A stretch of DNA of 41,741 nucleotides from an uncultured Candidatus Saccharibacteria bacterium. Lineage in GTDB: Bacteria; Patescibacteriota; Saccharimonadia; Saccharimonadales; JBBQAJ01. How positions within the stretch are numbered: the first letter of the stretch is position 1; each line of letters starts with the position of its first letter. The notes beneath the pieces were generated by a model, which had not been told where the DNA came from, searched no databases, and worked only from the letters and a program-made list of their open reading frames with translations. Made by a program: the position numbers and the translations under genes. The stretch lies in contig CAZQHP010000002.1 in the NCBI GenBank assembly GCA_964593805.1, forward strand, positions 1 through 41,741, written 5' to 3'. Below are positions 13,213-21,172 of this stretch, one piece after another.

Positions 13213-14733
13213 ATGGGAAACGTCCGAAGCATTGCTGAATCCGGCGGGGTTGCGACTGTGATTACTATTGAGTGCCACATAACCCGGGGTCTTCCGAACG
13301 TAATTATTGTTGGCTTTGCTAATCGCGCGGTAGACGAAGCCAAAGAGCGTTTGCGTGGCGCCTTCCACGCATCCAAGATTGATTTCCCCAAACAACGTGT
13401 AACCATCAACCTTGCCCCGGCTGATATACCGAAAGAAAGCAGTGGTTTTGATTTAGGTATAGCCGTTGCCGTCATGCGTGCGGCCGGAGTCATACCAGAT
13501 AAACTGCCGGCAAAAACTATGTTTGTAGGAGAACTGGGTCTTGGAGGCGAGGTACGTCCTATCAGAGGTATGATTGGCAAACTGCTTGCCGCCAAAACCA
13601 AAGGCTTCAATACGTTCTACTTGCCGCTAGAAAACGTCAAGCAAGCACTGCTAGTACCAGATATAACCGTTATGCCGGTTGCCAGCCTGGGTAGCCTGTA
13701 CCAATCTTTGACCAAAACTATCCCTATAACACCTCTGGAATCGGGTTTGGGACAAAAACCGGACGTGGAAGCAGCGGCCCTAGCTATTGACATGCAAGAC
13801 ATCAGCGGGCAGGCGCGTGCCAAGCGCGTACTAGAGATAGCTGCCGCTGGCGGGCACAATGCCCTGCTGAGCGGGCCGCCGGGGACCGGCAAAAGTATGC
13901 TGGCCAAAGCTATGCCCGGCATCTTGCCGCCGATGGAGTTGTCAGAAGTGTTAGAAGTAACCCATTTGCATAGTCTGGCCAGCCACAATTTTGACCAAAT
14001 TATTAGTGAACGCCCCTTTCGCTCACCACACCACGGTGCCAGCGAAACGGCAATCATAGGTGGTGGCTCCTCTGCCCGACCAGGGGAAATCAGCTTGGCG
14101 CACCGCGGCATATTATTTCTGGATGAATTCCCCGAATACGGCCGCTCTACTATAGAAGCCTTGCGGCAGCCATTGGAAGATAAAATCATTACCATCGCTC
14201 GCGCCAAGCTGAATGCCCAGTATCCGGCTGATTTTATGCTGATTGCCACCAGCAACCCCTGCCCTTGCGGTTTTTATGGCACGCATAAGCCGTGTGTTTG
14301 CCCGCCGCACCAGATCATGGCTTACCAGCGCAAACTTTCTGGCCCCATAATTGACCGAATAGATCTGTACACCGATGTAGACAACGTCCAACATGATACG
14401 CTCCTCAAGAGCAACAACACCAGTGAGTCTACTAAATCCGTTCAAAAGCGAGTCCTTGCGGCTCGCAAGCGCCAGCAAAAGCGCTACGAATCGCCCAGCA
14501 AGACAAATGCCCAGATGAGCAATCGGGACATCAAAAAACTTGCCAACCTCGAGACGGAAGCAGAAGAACTACTAAACCAGGCAGCAGAAAAACTAGAAAT
14601 CTCCGCCCGCGCCTATATGCGATTAATAAAGGTAGCCCGCACCATCGCAGATCTGGGAGATAACGAGACAATCACCCCCGCCCACATAAGCGAAGCCATC
14701 CAATACCGCAAAAGCACAAACGTTTTATCTTAG
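13213..14733 (+). CDS. comM: YifB/ComM family Mg-chelatase-like AAA+ ATPase
   Basis: 506-aa ORF with an N-terminal Lon-protease-like domain (INLAPADIPKESSGFDLGIAVAV), Walker A LSGPPGTGKSM, Walker B ILFLDEF, a Cys cluster (NPCPCGFYGTHKPCVC) and a C-terminal ARAYMRLIKVARTIADL. Confidence 0.9.
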   Translation: MGNVRSIAESGGVATVITIECHITRGLPNVIIVGFANRAVDEAKERLRGAFHASKIDFPKQRVTINLAPADIPKESSGFDLGIAVAVMRAAGVIPDKLPAKTMFVGELGLGGEVRPIRGMIGKLLAAKTKGFNTFYLPLENVKQALLVPDITVMPVASLGSLYQSLTKTIPITPLESGLGQKPDVEAAALAIDMQDISGQARAKRVLEIAAAGGHNALLSGPPGTGKSMLAKAMPGILPPMELSEVLEVTHLHSLASHNFDQIISERPFRSPHHGASETAIIGGGSSARPGEISLAHRGILFLDEFPEYGRSTIEALRQPLEDKIITIARAKLNAQYPADFMLIATSNPCPCGFYGTHKPCVCPPHQIMAYQRKLSGPIIDRIDLYTDVDNVQHDTLLKSNNTSESTKSVQKRVLAARKRQQKRYESPSKTNAQMSNRDIKKLANLETEAEELLNQAAEKLEISARAYMRLIKVARTIADLGDNETITPAHISEAIQYRKSTNVLS

Positions 14734-15336
14734 TACTGTTTCTAGCAGTATTTGTCTGCAGGTACAGTAAGTACCTAGGTGGCACAGGGCTAATCGTTCC
14801 GCAGAAAAATGAAGTTGCGTATTTAATTTTTCAACCGTTCCTACCCCAAGCGTAATATGGGGTTTGTAATCGGCTGGCCCTTGTTTATCGTAATAGTGTT
14901 TAACCCAATAGGTGCTGATTTCTGCTACTAACGGGGGTGCAACAAACATACCTGTCCGTACATCCTTGTGGCTCAAAAATAAACGAAAAGCATCCGTAGC
15001 CTCTTGATGGAGTTGTAATAGCTCTTCACTTCGAACAACTAATAATTCCCTCATTTCAACTCCATCAGGCGTGGTGTGTGTACTCGACTCAGTTACAGTA
15101 ATCGAAAATGCCTTTTGGCTATCAGCTAGGCTACTCAAAGCAAACTTTGCTTTCTTCAAATCAGTTTTTGAAAGCACGCCCATTGCTAAAGAGATATGGG
15201 GTAAACAATCATGGCTATTTAGTTGTATTGGGGAATCTGAGGAGTACTTTATTAGGCTTATAATTTTATCTAGCACGTCTTTTGGTGGTAGCAAGACAAT
15301 GTCTACGGCTAGCAAATCATTCATAGCTTTAATCAT
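14725..15336 (-). CDS. 2H phosphoesterase superfamily protein (LigT / 2'-5' RNA ligase-like)
   Basis: Two H-x-T/S-x motifs at the expected spacing: LPHISLAMG and KPHITLGVG. Confidence 0.6.
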   Translation of the reverse strand: MIKAMNDLLAVDIVLLPPKDVLDKIISLIKYSSDSPIQLNSHDCLPHISLAMGVLSKTDLKKAKFALSSLADSQKAFSITVTESSTHTTPDGVEMRELLVVRSEELLQLHQEATDAFRLFLSHKDVRTGMFVAPPLVAEISTYWVKHYYDKQGPADYKPHITLGVGTVEKLNTQLHFSAERLALCHLGTYCTCRQILLETVLR

Positions 15337-15372
15337 AGCAAACAGAGAAAAATATATGATTTCATTTAATCG

Positions 15373-15401
15373 TTGACCTCTGTTGTAACTTCTGTTAAAC
15401 T
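15373..15401 (+). promoter_or_regulatory. Candidate promoter for infC-rpmI-rplT
   Basis: TTGACC (15373-15378), a 17-nt spacer, then TAAACT (15396-15401). Confidence 0.35.
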
Positions 15402-15439
15402 GGTTTCAATCAGCTAACGTTCTTCTAAGGAGCAGATAA

Positions 15440-15973
15440 ATCAGCAATTCAGTTCGCCTGAATCACCAGATTCGGGCACCACAGTTACGCGTCATTGACG
15501 AAGACGGTACCCAGATGGGCGTCCTGTCAAAACAAGAAGCTTTGGAACATGCACAAATGCGCGAACTTGATTTGGTTGAAATCTCTCCAAACGCTGATCC
15601 ACCCGTTGCCAAGATAGTTGACTGGGGTAAATACAATTACCAAAAAACCAAGCAGCTGCAGAAGCAAAAGCGCGGGGCCAAAAATCCAGAGATGAAGCAA
15701 ATGCGCTTTGGGCTTAAGATTGGCGATCATGATTTGGACGTTAAACTGAAAAAAGTAACTGGTTTTCTAGAAACTGGCCACAAGGTTAAAATTACCATAT
15801 TCTATCGCGGACGTGAGATGGCTCACCGTGACATTGGCTTTCAGCTTGCCGATAGAGTAATCAGTATGCTTGGGGAATCAATCGCAGTTGACCAGCAACC
15901 GCAGTTGGCCGGCAAACAACTAAGCTTTACCATAAGGAGTACAGGACATCATGCCAAAACTGAAGACGCATAG
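15440..15973 (+). CDS. infC: Translation initiation factor IF-3, probably using a non-AUG start
   Basis: The IF-3 N-terminal consensus (LNHQIRAPQLRVIDEDGTQMGV) is encoded in frame upstream of the first ATG (15515). The frame is open from 15419. AAGGAG at 15427-15432 is followed by ATA (15437) and ATC (15440). The exact start is uncertain by one codon. Confidence 0.85.
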   Translation: MSNSVRLNHQIRAPQLRVIDEDGTQMGVLSKQEALEHAQMRELDLVEISPNADPPVAKIVDWGKYNYQKTKQLQKQKRGAKNPEMKQMRFGLKIGDHDLDVKLKKVTGFLETGHKVKITIFYRGREMAHRDIGFQLADRVISMLGESIAVDQQPQLAGKQLSFTIRSTGHHAKTEDA

Positions 15974-16148
15974 CGGTACCAAAGACCGTGTTAAAATTAC
16001 CAAAACTGGCAAGGTTTTGCGCCGCCGTGCCGGACGCAGCCACTTTATGGAGCATAAAAGCGCCGCCCGCAAGCGTACCCAGGCCGGCACAGAGACGGTA
16101 ACTGGAAAAGCTGCCAAAAGTATCAAACTGAATTTAGGAGTCAAATAA
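15951..16148 (+). CDS. rpmI: 50S ribosomal protein L35
   Basis: MPKLKTHSGTKDRVKITKTGKVLRRRAGRSH matches L35. It sits in the conserved position between infC and rplT. Confidence 0.9.
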   Translation: MPKLKTHSGTKDRVKITKTGKVLRRRAGRSHFMEHKSAARKRTQAGTETVTGKAAKSIKLNLGVK

Positions 16149-16489
16149 TGCGCGTCAAAAGAGGTGTGGCCAGCCACGCCAAACACAAGAAAATCCGTCT
16201 TGCCACTCGCGGCATGACTAAATCAAACCGCAGCAGCGTTAAACGCGGCAAACAAGCTTTGACCAAAGCTATGGAAAACGCCACCCGTGACCGCAAAGAG
16301 CGCAAGCGAACTTTTCGCCAGCTCTGGAACGCTCGTATTAACGCTGGCGCCCGCGTGAACGGCACCACATACAGCCGCCTGATTGCCGGCCTTAAAAAAG
16401 CCAACATAACCCTGGACCGCAAAATCCTAGCCGAACTGGCCGTTAACGAGACCAAGGCTTTCGAAGCAATAGTCAAAGCCGCCAAATAG
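16148..16489 (+). CDS. rplT: 50S ribosomal protein L20
   Basis: MRVKRGVASHAKHKKIRLATRG and RQLWNARINAGAR match L20. The ATG overlaps the rpmI stop. Confidence 0.92.
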   Translation: MRVKRGVASHAKHKKIRLATRGMTKSNRSSVKRGKQALTKAMENATRDRKERKRTFRQLWNARINAGARVNGTTYSRLIAGLKKANITLDRKILAELAVNETKAFEAIVKAAK

Positions 16490-16524
16490 AGTAGCTATTT
16501 CTTTCTTGGGGTATAATTATAAAC

Positions 16525-16870
16525 GTCAGATTATCGGCTAATCGCGGCTCGTGTAAAAGCGGGGCGAGGAAAGTCCGGGCAGCATAGGGAGAGGTAGTTG
16601 TTAACGGCAACCAAGGGTAACCTTAGGGAAAGTGCCACAGAAACTATACCGCCCTAGTCTTAAAAAACTGGAGTAAGGGTGAAATGAGTGGGGTAAGAGC
16701 CCACAGTTCTGTGCGGTGACGCATGGAAGTGGTAAACCCTACCTGCTGCAAGGTGGTGGCTCGTATAGGTTTCCCGCCTGAGTCATCGTTTGTCCGCTTG
16801 ATCCGTCGAGCAATTGGCGGGCTAGATAGATGATTAGCTAGAACAGAACCCGGCTTACGGATAGTCTGAC
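16525..16870 (+). ncRNA. rnpB: RNase P RNA, bacterial type A
   Basis: Contains GAGGAAAGTCCGGGC (CR-I), AGTGCCACAGAAA, GGTAAGAGCCCA and ACAGAACCCGGCTTA (CR-V). The P1 helix pairs GTCAGATTATC (16525-16535) with GATAGTCTGAC (16860-16870). TATAAT at 16512-16517 is well placed as a -10. A hairpin with a T-run follows at about 16875-16905. Confidence 0.92.
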
Positions 16871-16902
16871 ATAAAAGGCCACTTGAGATTTGGGTGGTCT
16901 TT

Positions 16903-17574
16903 TTATTTCGCAGCTTCCGCATCTAGGGCTTTGTTCACTTCTGCGTCGGCCAGTTTGTTTAGTTCTCTTGGCACGTGCGTAAAATTGACTTTTTTTAACT
17001 GTTTTATTATGTCCTGGATGGCAACATGGATGGGCCAGAGATCCCTGTTTTTAATCTTAAACACGCCCTTCATCTGGTTCACCACAAGTAAGCTATCCAG
17101 ATACACCGCTACTTCACGGGCGCCGTTTTTCAAGGCGTCTTCCAGCCCAAATTTAACAGCTTGGTACTCGGCTTGGTTGTTGGTAGTAATGCCTAAGTAA
17201 ATTCCCTTTTCGGTTAGTACATTATTGTCCATATCCATTAGCACATAGCCAGATGCCGATGGTCCGGGGTTGCCGCGCGAGCCGCCGTCTGCAAACATTT
17301 TAATTTCTTTGGGAAAGCTGGGCTTTGCAGGTTTTTTTGTTGTTTGGAATACTACATCCACCCGCTCAGCAAATGCTCTATCTTTGTCTGTAACCATATC
17401 TCCAGCTTCATGCGTACTCAACCACAGCTCAACTGTGCTGTAGGTGTTGTGGATAGTTGGGTGATGGTTTAGTTCGTTAGCGATCTCGGCAACACGATTG
17501 ATGAAATCTGTTGCTTCCTGGAAGTCTTTGAAGATAAATTTTTGATACAGTTTATCATTTTTTTCTTGCCACAT
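16903..17574 (-). CDS. Fusion protein: N-terminal pterin-4a-carbinolamine dehydratase (PCD/DCoH)-like domain plus C-terminal RNase HI
   Basis: The N-terminal ~90 aa (FKDFQEATDFINRVAEIANELNHHPTIHNTYSTVELWLSTHEAGDMVTDKD) match the PCD signature. The C-terminal ~135 aa (FADGGSRGNPGPSASGYVL, NNQAEYQAVKFGL, YLDSLLVVNQM, ELNKLADAEVNKA) match RNase H type 1. Confidence 0.75.
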   Translation of the reverse strand: MWQEKNDKLYQKFIFKDFQEATDFINRVAEIANELNHHPTIHNTYSTVELWLSTHEAGDMVTDKDRAFAERVDVVFQTTKKPAKPSFPKEIKMFADGGSRGNPGPSASGYVLMDMDNNVLTEKGIYLGITTNNQAEYQAVKFGLEDALKNGAREVAVYLDSLLVVNQMKGVFKIKNRDLWPIHVAIQDIIKQLKKVNFTHVPRELNKLADAEVNKALDAEAAK

Positions 17575-17687
17575 CTGTATATCTTACCACCTCATAGTTC
17601 CCGCAAACATCAAAACTGCACCTTACTCTCATAAGGCGACCCTATGCTGATTGTCTAGTTTAGGCTAGAATATCTCCGTTAAGTTGA

Positions 17688-17763
17688 CGGGGTGTGGCGC
17701 AGTTGGTAGCGCGTACGGCTGGGGGCCGTGAGGTCGCAGGTTCAAGTCCTGTCACCCCGACCA
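17688..17763 (+). tRNA. tRNA-Pro (anticodon GGG), CCA encoded
   Basis: A 76-nt cloverleaf was folded by hand: acceptor CGGGGTG/CACCCCG, anticodon loop CTGGGGG, T-loop TTCAAGT. Confidence 0.9.
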
Positions 17764-17770
17764 TCAAAAA

Positions 17771-17794
17771 AGACCGAGTGTTTCGGTCTTTTTT
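17771..17794 (+). terminator. Intrinsic terminator after tRNA-Pro
   Basis: AGACCGA / TCGGTCT forms a 7-bp stem, preceded by an A-run and followed by TTTTTT. Confidence 0.7.
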
Positions 17795-17854
17795 GTTAGG
17801 CGAGCAGCCAACTATGACAACCTGGTTAATAATCCCCAGGTGGGTCTCCGCACG

Positions 17855-17945
17855 ATCCCGCCATGGCGGGATACGAATATTGGAATCCCTAATGATAAGT
17901 ATTCAGATTATCATTATTGTTGGCCTTGTCCCGCATATGCGGGAC
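17855..17945. repeat. Cluster of three perfect palindromes, two of them related GC-rich 18-mers
   Basis: ATCCCGCCATGGCGGGAT (17855-17872), TAATGATAA...TTATCATTA (17890-17916) and GTCCCGCATATGCGGGAC (17928-17945). All lie in the spacer between tRNA-Pro and the 3' end of the M50 protease gene. Confidence 0.6.
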
Positions 17946-17969
17946 TGCTCAGCCTACGTACATTATAAC

Positions 17970-18593
17970 TCAGAAAAGGAGCCTGAGTAAGGATTGGTTC
18001 ACGTTTATAAGCACGTTGGTAAATGCTGGTACGGCTATGATTAGACCAAAGACTAGCACTATACCGAACTGCTCTAGCTGAGCCATGACTGCCTGCACCG
18101 ACTCCGGCGCAAACGCATACAGCAGGCGCGAACCGTCCAAAGGAGGTATAGGAATCATATTAAACACAAACAGGCCAATGTTTATTTGCACAAAAATCAA
18201 CAGCACCTCTAGCATGCCCACGCTAAACGCTCCTTCAAAAAGATGAATTACCCCTGCCCCGGCTAGGGCTAGCAGAGCGTTGGTAAGCGGTCCGGCTATG
18301 CCAACCAGCCCGGCGCCGTACTCTTCAAATCTAACCCGGTTTGGGTTAAATGGTACCGGTTTGGCGGCGAGTAGTGGTACTCTAAACAACACTAGCGTTA
18401 TGAGCGGGAGAAGTATGGTAGCGAACGGATCAACATGTTTGAGCGGATTTAGCGATATCCGCCCCTGTTTTTCGGCAGTGTCATCACCCAGCCAATGTGC
18501 AGTGAAAGCGTGCATGGCTTCGTGCAGGCTTATAGAAATCACCAGCGACACAAACACCACAACAAGCGTTGAAAACCCTAGGTCATTTAGCAT
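17970..18593 (-). CDS. Site-2 protease family (M50) membrane zinc metalloprotease
   Basis: An HEAMH zinc motif sits in a TM helix, with multiple TM segments and NMIPIPPLDGSRLL (the LDG motif). The start is set at MLNDLGF (18593). The longer ORF-track version (to 18971) would run through rpmB on the opposite strand. Confidence 0.8.
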   Translation of the reverse strand: MLNDLGFSTLVVVFVSLVISISLHEAMHAFTAHWLGDDTAEKQGRISLNPLKHVDPFATILLPLITLVLFRVPLLAAKPVPFNPNRVRFEEYGAGLVGIAGPLTNALLALAGAGVIHLFEGAFSVGMLEVLLIFVQINIGLFVFNMIPIPPLDGSRLLYAFAPESVQAVMAQLEQFGIVLVFGLIIAVPAFTNVLINVNQSLLRLLF

Positions 18594-18752
18594 ACGTTTA
18601 GTATAGCAGTCGTATTCACCTCTCAATAAACTAAGAACTTTGTGGTTGAGTGCAGTTTGGTTCAAAAGCGAGCACCGTAAACGAGCCGTACTTTGCGGTA
18701 CGGTGAGTGCGGAGCGCAGGTTTTGGAGCAAAATGTGCCAAACACATAGTTC

Positions 18753-18781
18753 TTGACCAATGAGCCGAAAACAGATACAAT
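18753..18781 (+). promoter_or_regulatory. Candidate rpmB promoter with a leaderless geometry
   Basis: TTGACC (18753-18758), a 17-nt spacer, then TACAAT (18776-18781). The ATG at 18790 is only 8 nt downstream and there is no SD. Confidence 0.5.
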
Positions 18782-18789
18782 AGCGCTCT

Positions 18790-18999
18790 ATGCAAGTATG
18801 TGATCTCACCGGCAAAGGCAAACAATACGGCAGCAATGTCAGTTTTTCGCAACGCCATACCAAAAAAGTCTGGAAGCCAAACCTCCAGACCAAAACCTTC
18901 ATGTTAGATGGCAAAAAAGTCACCATGAAACTCAGCACGGGGGCCATTCGCACCCTCAAGAAAAAAGGCATCCTAACAGCCTATTCGGCTGTAAAGTAA
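18790..18999 (+). CDS. rpmB: 50S ribosomal protein L28
   Basis: MQVCDLTGKGKQYGSNVSFSQRHTKKVWKPNLQ matches the L28 pattern (C-x-x-TGK ... N-VSHS-x-x-TKR-x-x-PNLQ). Confidence 0.88.
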   Translation: MQVCDLTGKGKQYGSNVSFSQRHTKKVWKPNLQTKTFMLDGKKVTMKLSTGAIRTLKKKGILTAYSAVK

Positions 19000-19059
19000 A
19001 CAGTATACAGTCGACAGCTTACAGTTGAAAAAGAAAACAAACTGTTAGCTGTATACTGT
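19000..19059. terminator. Long imperfect hairpin between convergent rpmB and the MBL-fold gene, a likely bidirectional terminator
   Basis: ACAGTATACAG...AGCTTACAGT pairs with ACTGTTAGCT GTATACTGT, about 20 bp with one bulge and one mismatch. Confidence 0.5.
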
Positions 19060-19074
19060 TGACCGTAAACTACT

Positions 19075-19689
19075 CTACTGGCGCTCTAGAATAATCAGTT
19101 GGTTGCTTTCGCCAAGCAGTTCGCTGGCTTTCAGTTTGAGTTTGGGTACTGTTTCTTTGGGCTCCATGGACAGCTCTTTGAGCGCGTCTTCTAGGCTGGC
19201 CTGTGGTACTTCGTATTTAACTGCTTTGTCTGCGTAGTGGGTTGGGATGATGATTTTTGGCTCAATTTTTTTGATTAGCTTCAGAGCACCAATTGCGTCC
19301 AGAGTGTAACCGCTGCCGCCAACTGGGATAATCAAAACGTCTATTGTTCCTAAAGCCTCAAGTTGTTCGTCGCTAAGTTCTGGATACACATGGCCCAGTA
19401 CCGCCACGCGAACGTCTTCGCCAATCACTTTAAACATGGTTGCTGACTGGTCATCCGCTTCCCCCATGTGCCCGCGAGCCGCAATGCCTTGAATTGAAGC
19501 ATCTGATACTTCGTATTCGCCCGGCTGATCAATCACAATTTTCACGTCCGCTTTTGGCGAAGTGTGCTGGCCAGTAAATAACGCAATGTCGCCATTTTTT
19601 GCAACAGTCGCGGTTAAGTCGTCAATAACAATAGCTGCCTTTTTGGTGCTCAGACGCATACAATTAGCCCCGTAAAACTGAATCTCCAT
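19075..19689 (-). CDS. MBL-fold (UPF0173-like) putative metal-dependent hydrolase
   Basis: MEIQFYGANCMRLSTKKAAIVIDD, VLIIPVGGSGYTLD and IIIPTHY resemble the beta-lactamase-fold hydrolase family. No clean HxHxDH motif was seen. Confidence 0.45.
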   Translation of the reverse strand: MEIQFYGANCMRLSTKKAAIVIDDLTATVAKNGDIALFTGQHTSPKADVKIVIDQPGEYEVSDASIQGIAARGHMGEADDQSATMFKVIGEDVRVAVLGHVYPELSDEQLEALGTIDVLIIPVGGSGYTLDAIGALKLIKKIEPKIIIPTHYADKAVKYEVPQASLEDALKELSMEPKETVPKLKLKASELLGESNQLIILERQ

Positions 19690-19695
19690 AAACCG

Positions 19696-20355
19696 CTACT
19701 CCTTTTCTTTCTTTTCTGTTTTTTCTGTCTCTTTATCCTCAGCTTGCTGAACGGATTTCTTGTCTGGCTTGGGAGTAATAAGATGGTTTTTATCTATCAA
19801 AACTTGCATCTTGGATTGCAGAACAAGATTCAAAAACCGATCGTTTACTTCTTGCCTGTAGCTGAATTCATCATTGTTCATCACAGCGTAGCGGAGTTCT
19901 TTGGCTTCTTTGGCTTCTAGATCCGAGATGTATTTTGATACCTGTGTTTGGTTGAGATCTCCAACCAGCAATACGTCTATGCCGCTGCGCTCATCGCGGG
20001 TAAGCTGGCCAGTTAGAAGTGCTAGATCAACGTTTCCAAGCGCTTTTAGAGTTTGTTTCTCGCCCTCCGCCGAAGGCGCTTTTTCTGTGGTAGGCATAGA
20101 GCCGCTGCCAAAAATTGCCGCCAGCGGCGTGTAGTGTTCGTAGTTTTGGTCAACTTCGTAGTACAGACGGTTATTGTTGGTATCCGAAGATATGATGCCA
20201 ATGCTCAGCATGTTGGCCAATTCGCGGCGCACGGAATTAATCTGCTCGTCAATTTTGCGCGTAATCTCCCGGACGTAGAACGAGCGGTTAGGATTACTAT
20301 AAAAAAGCTGCAGCAGTTTGACCCTTGTCTTACTCCCAAAAAGTTGCTCAATCAC
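19696..20355 (-). CDS. Winged-helix (ArsR-like) transcriptional regulator with an additional C-terminal domain and a Lys/Glu-rich tail
   Basis: The N-terminus (KTRVKLLQLFYSNPNRSFYVREITRKIDEQINSVRRELANMLSIGII) is a typical wHTH. Confidence 0.55.
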   Translation of the reverse strand: MIEQLFGSKTRVKLLQLFYSNPNRSFYVREITRKIDEQINSVRRELANMLSIGIISSDTNNNRLYYEVDQNYEHYTPLAAIFGSGSMPTTEKAPSAEGEKQTLKALGNVDLALLTGQLTRDERSGIDVLLVGDLNQTQVSKYISDLEAKEAKELRYAVMNNDEFSYRQEVNDRFLNLVLQSKMQVLIDKNHLITPKPDKKSVQQAEDKETEKTEKKEKE

Positions 20356-20386
20356 CCCCTCATTGTACCAGACAGACAGATAGATA

Positions 20387-21172
20387 CTATTGTTTTTTGT
20401 TCAGAAACGTTGTAACCAAATCAACAGCATCACGAGGGTCGTCTAGCCAATGAATACTATTGTTGCGCCTGAACCAAGTGCGCTGGCGTTTGGCGTATAA
20501 AATCGTGTTGCGTTCTACTAAAGCAGCTGTTTCTTCCAGCGTTTGCTCACCCATAAAATATGATTCAAACTCACGATAACCAATAGTATTTAGTCCTGGT
20601 GCCGACCAGCCATACGTTTGTGCAAGACTTTTTACCTCTTCCAAGAGACCTCTGGCAAACATGTCGGCTATGCGTTTAGTGATGCGATCTTTTCGTTTGC
20701 CTTTTGATAAATCTAGGCCAACCACAAGAGTGTTTGGTCTAAGATTGTTTTTATACGCTTTGTGCTCCTGGTATTTTAGATGCCGCAGGTTTTGCAACTT
20801 GCGTCGTGCGCCCGGCGGGCTAAATTGATAGTCAAACAAAACGGCATCAATGTACAATCCGGTGCCCCCAACGAGAATTGGGAGTCTGCCTCTAGACAGC
20901 ACATCATCAATAGTCTGAGTAGCTAGCCGTTTGAATTCCCCGACATTGAAGGTTTCGTCAGGCGCAAGGATGTCCAAAAGATGATGAGTAACCTGTTTTT
21001 GATCCATATCTGAAGGTTTGGCGGTACCTATGTCCATGCCCCTGTAAACTGTACGCGAATCAGCGCAGATAATTTCACCATCAAACCGCTTAGCCAGCTC
21101 CAAAGCCAGCGCACTCTTCCCACTAGCCGTCTCGCCAAGAACTACAACTAATTTATCTGCCAAATTGCGCAC
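20387..21172 (-). CDS. miaA: tRNA dimethylallyltransferase
   Basis: P-loop GETASGKS, DSRTVYRGMDIGTAKPS and ILVGGTGLY. Confidence 0.85.
   Translation of the reverse strand: MRNLADKLVVVLGETASGKSALALELAKRFDGEIICADSRTVYRGMDIGTAKPSDMDQKQVTHHLLDILAPDETFNVGEFKRLATQTIDDVLSRGRLPILVGGTGLYIDAVLFDYQFSPPGARRKLQNLRHLKYQEHKAYKNNLRPNTLVVGLDLSKGKRKDRITKRIADMFARGLLEEVKSLAQTYGWSAPGLNTIGYREFESYFMGEQTLEETAALVERNTILYAKRQRTWFRRNNSIHWLDDPRDAVDLVTTFLNKKQ

Noticed and set aside
16644-16922. 92-aa minus-strand ORF
   Set aside because: It lies inside the RNase P RNA gene, so it is an artefact.
17694-17990. 98-aa plus-strand ORF
   Set aside because: It starts inside tRNA-Pro and runs through its terminator and the palindromic spacer, so it is not credible as coding.
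18594-18971. 126-aa N-terminal extension of the M50 protease ORF
   Set aside because: The extension is Cys/Leu/Arg-rich nonsense. It overlaps rpmB and its promoter on the other strand. The protease family begins near the HEAMH helix, consistent with the internal Met at 18593.
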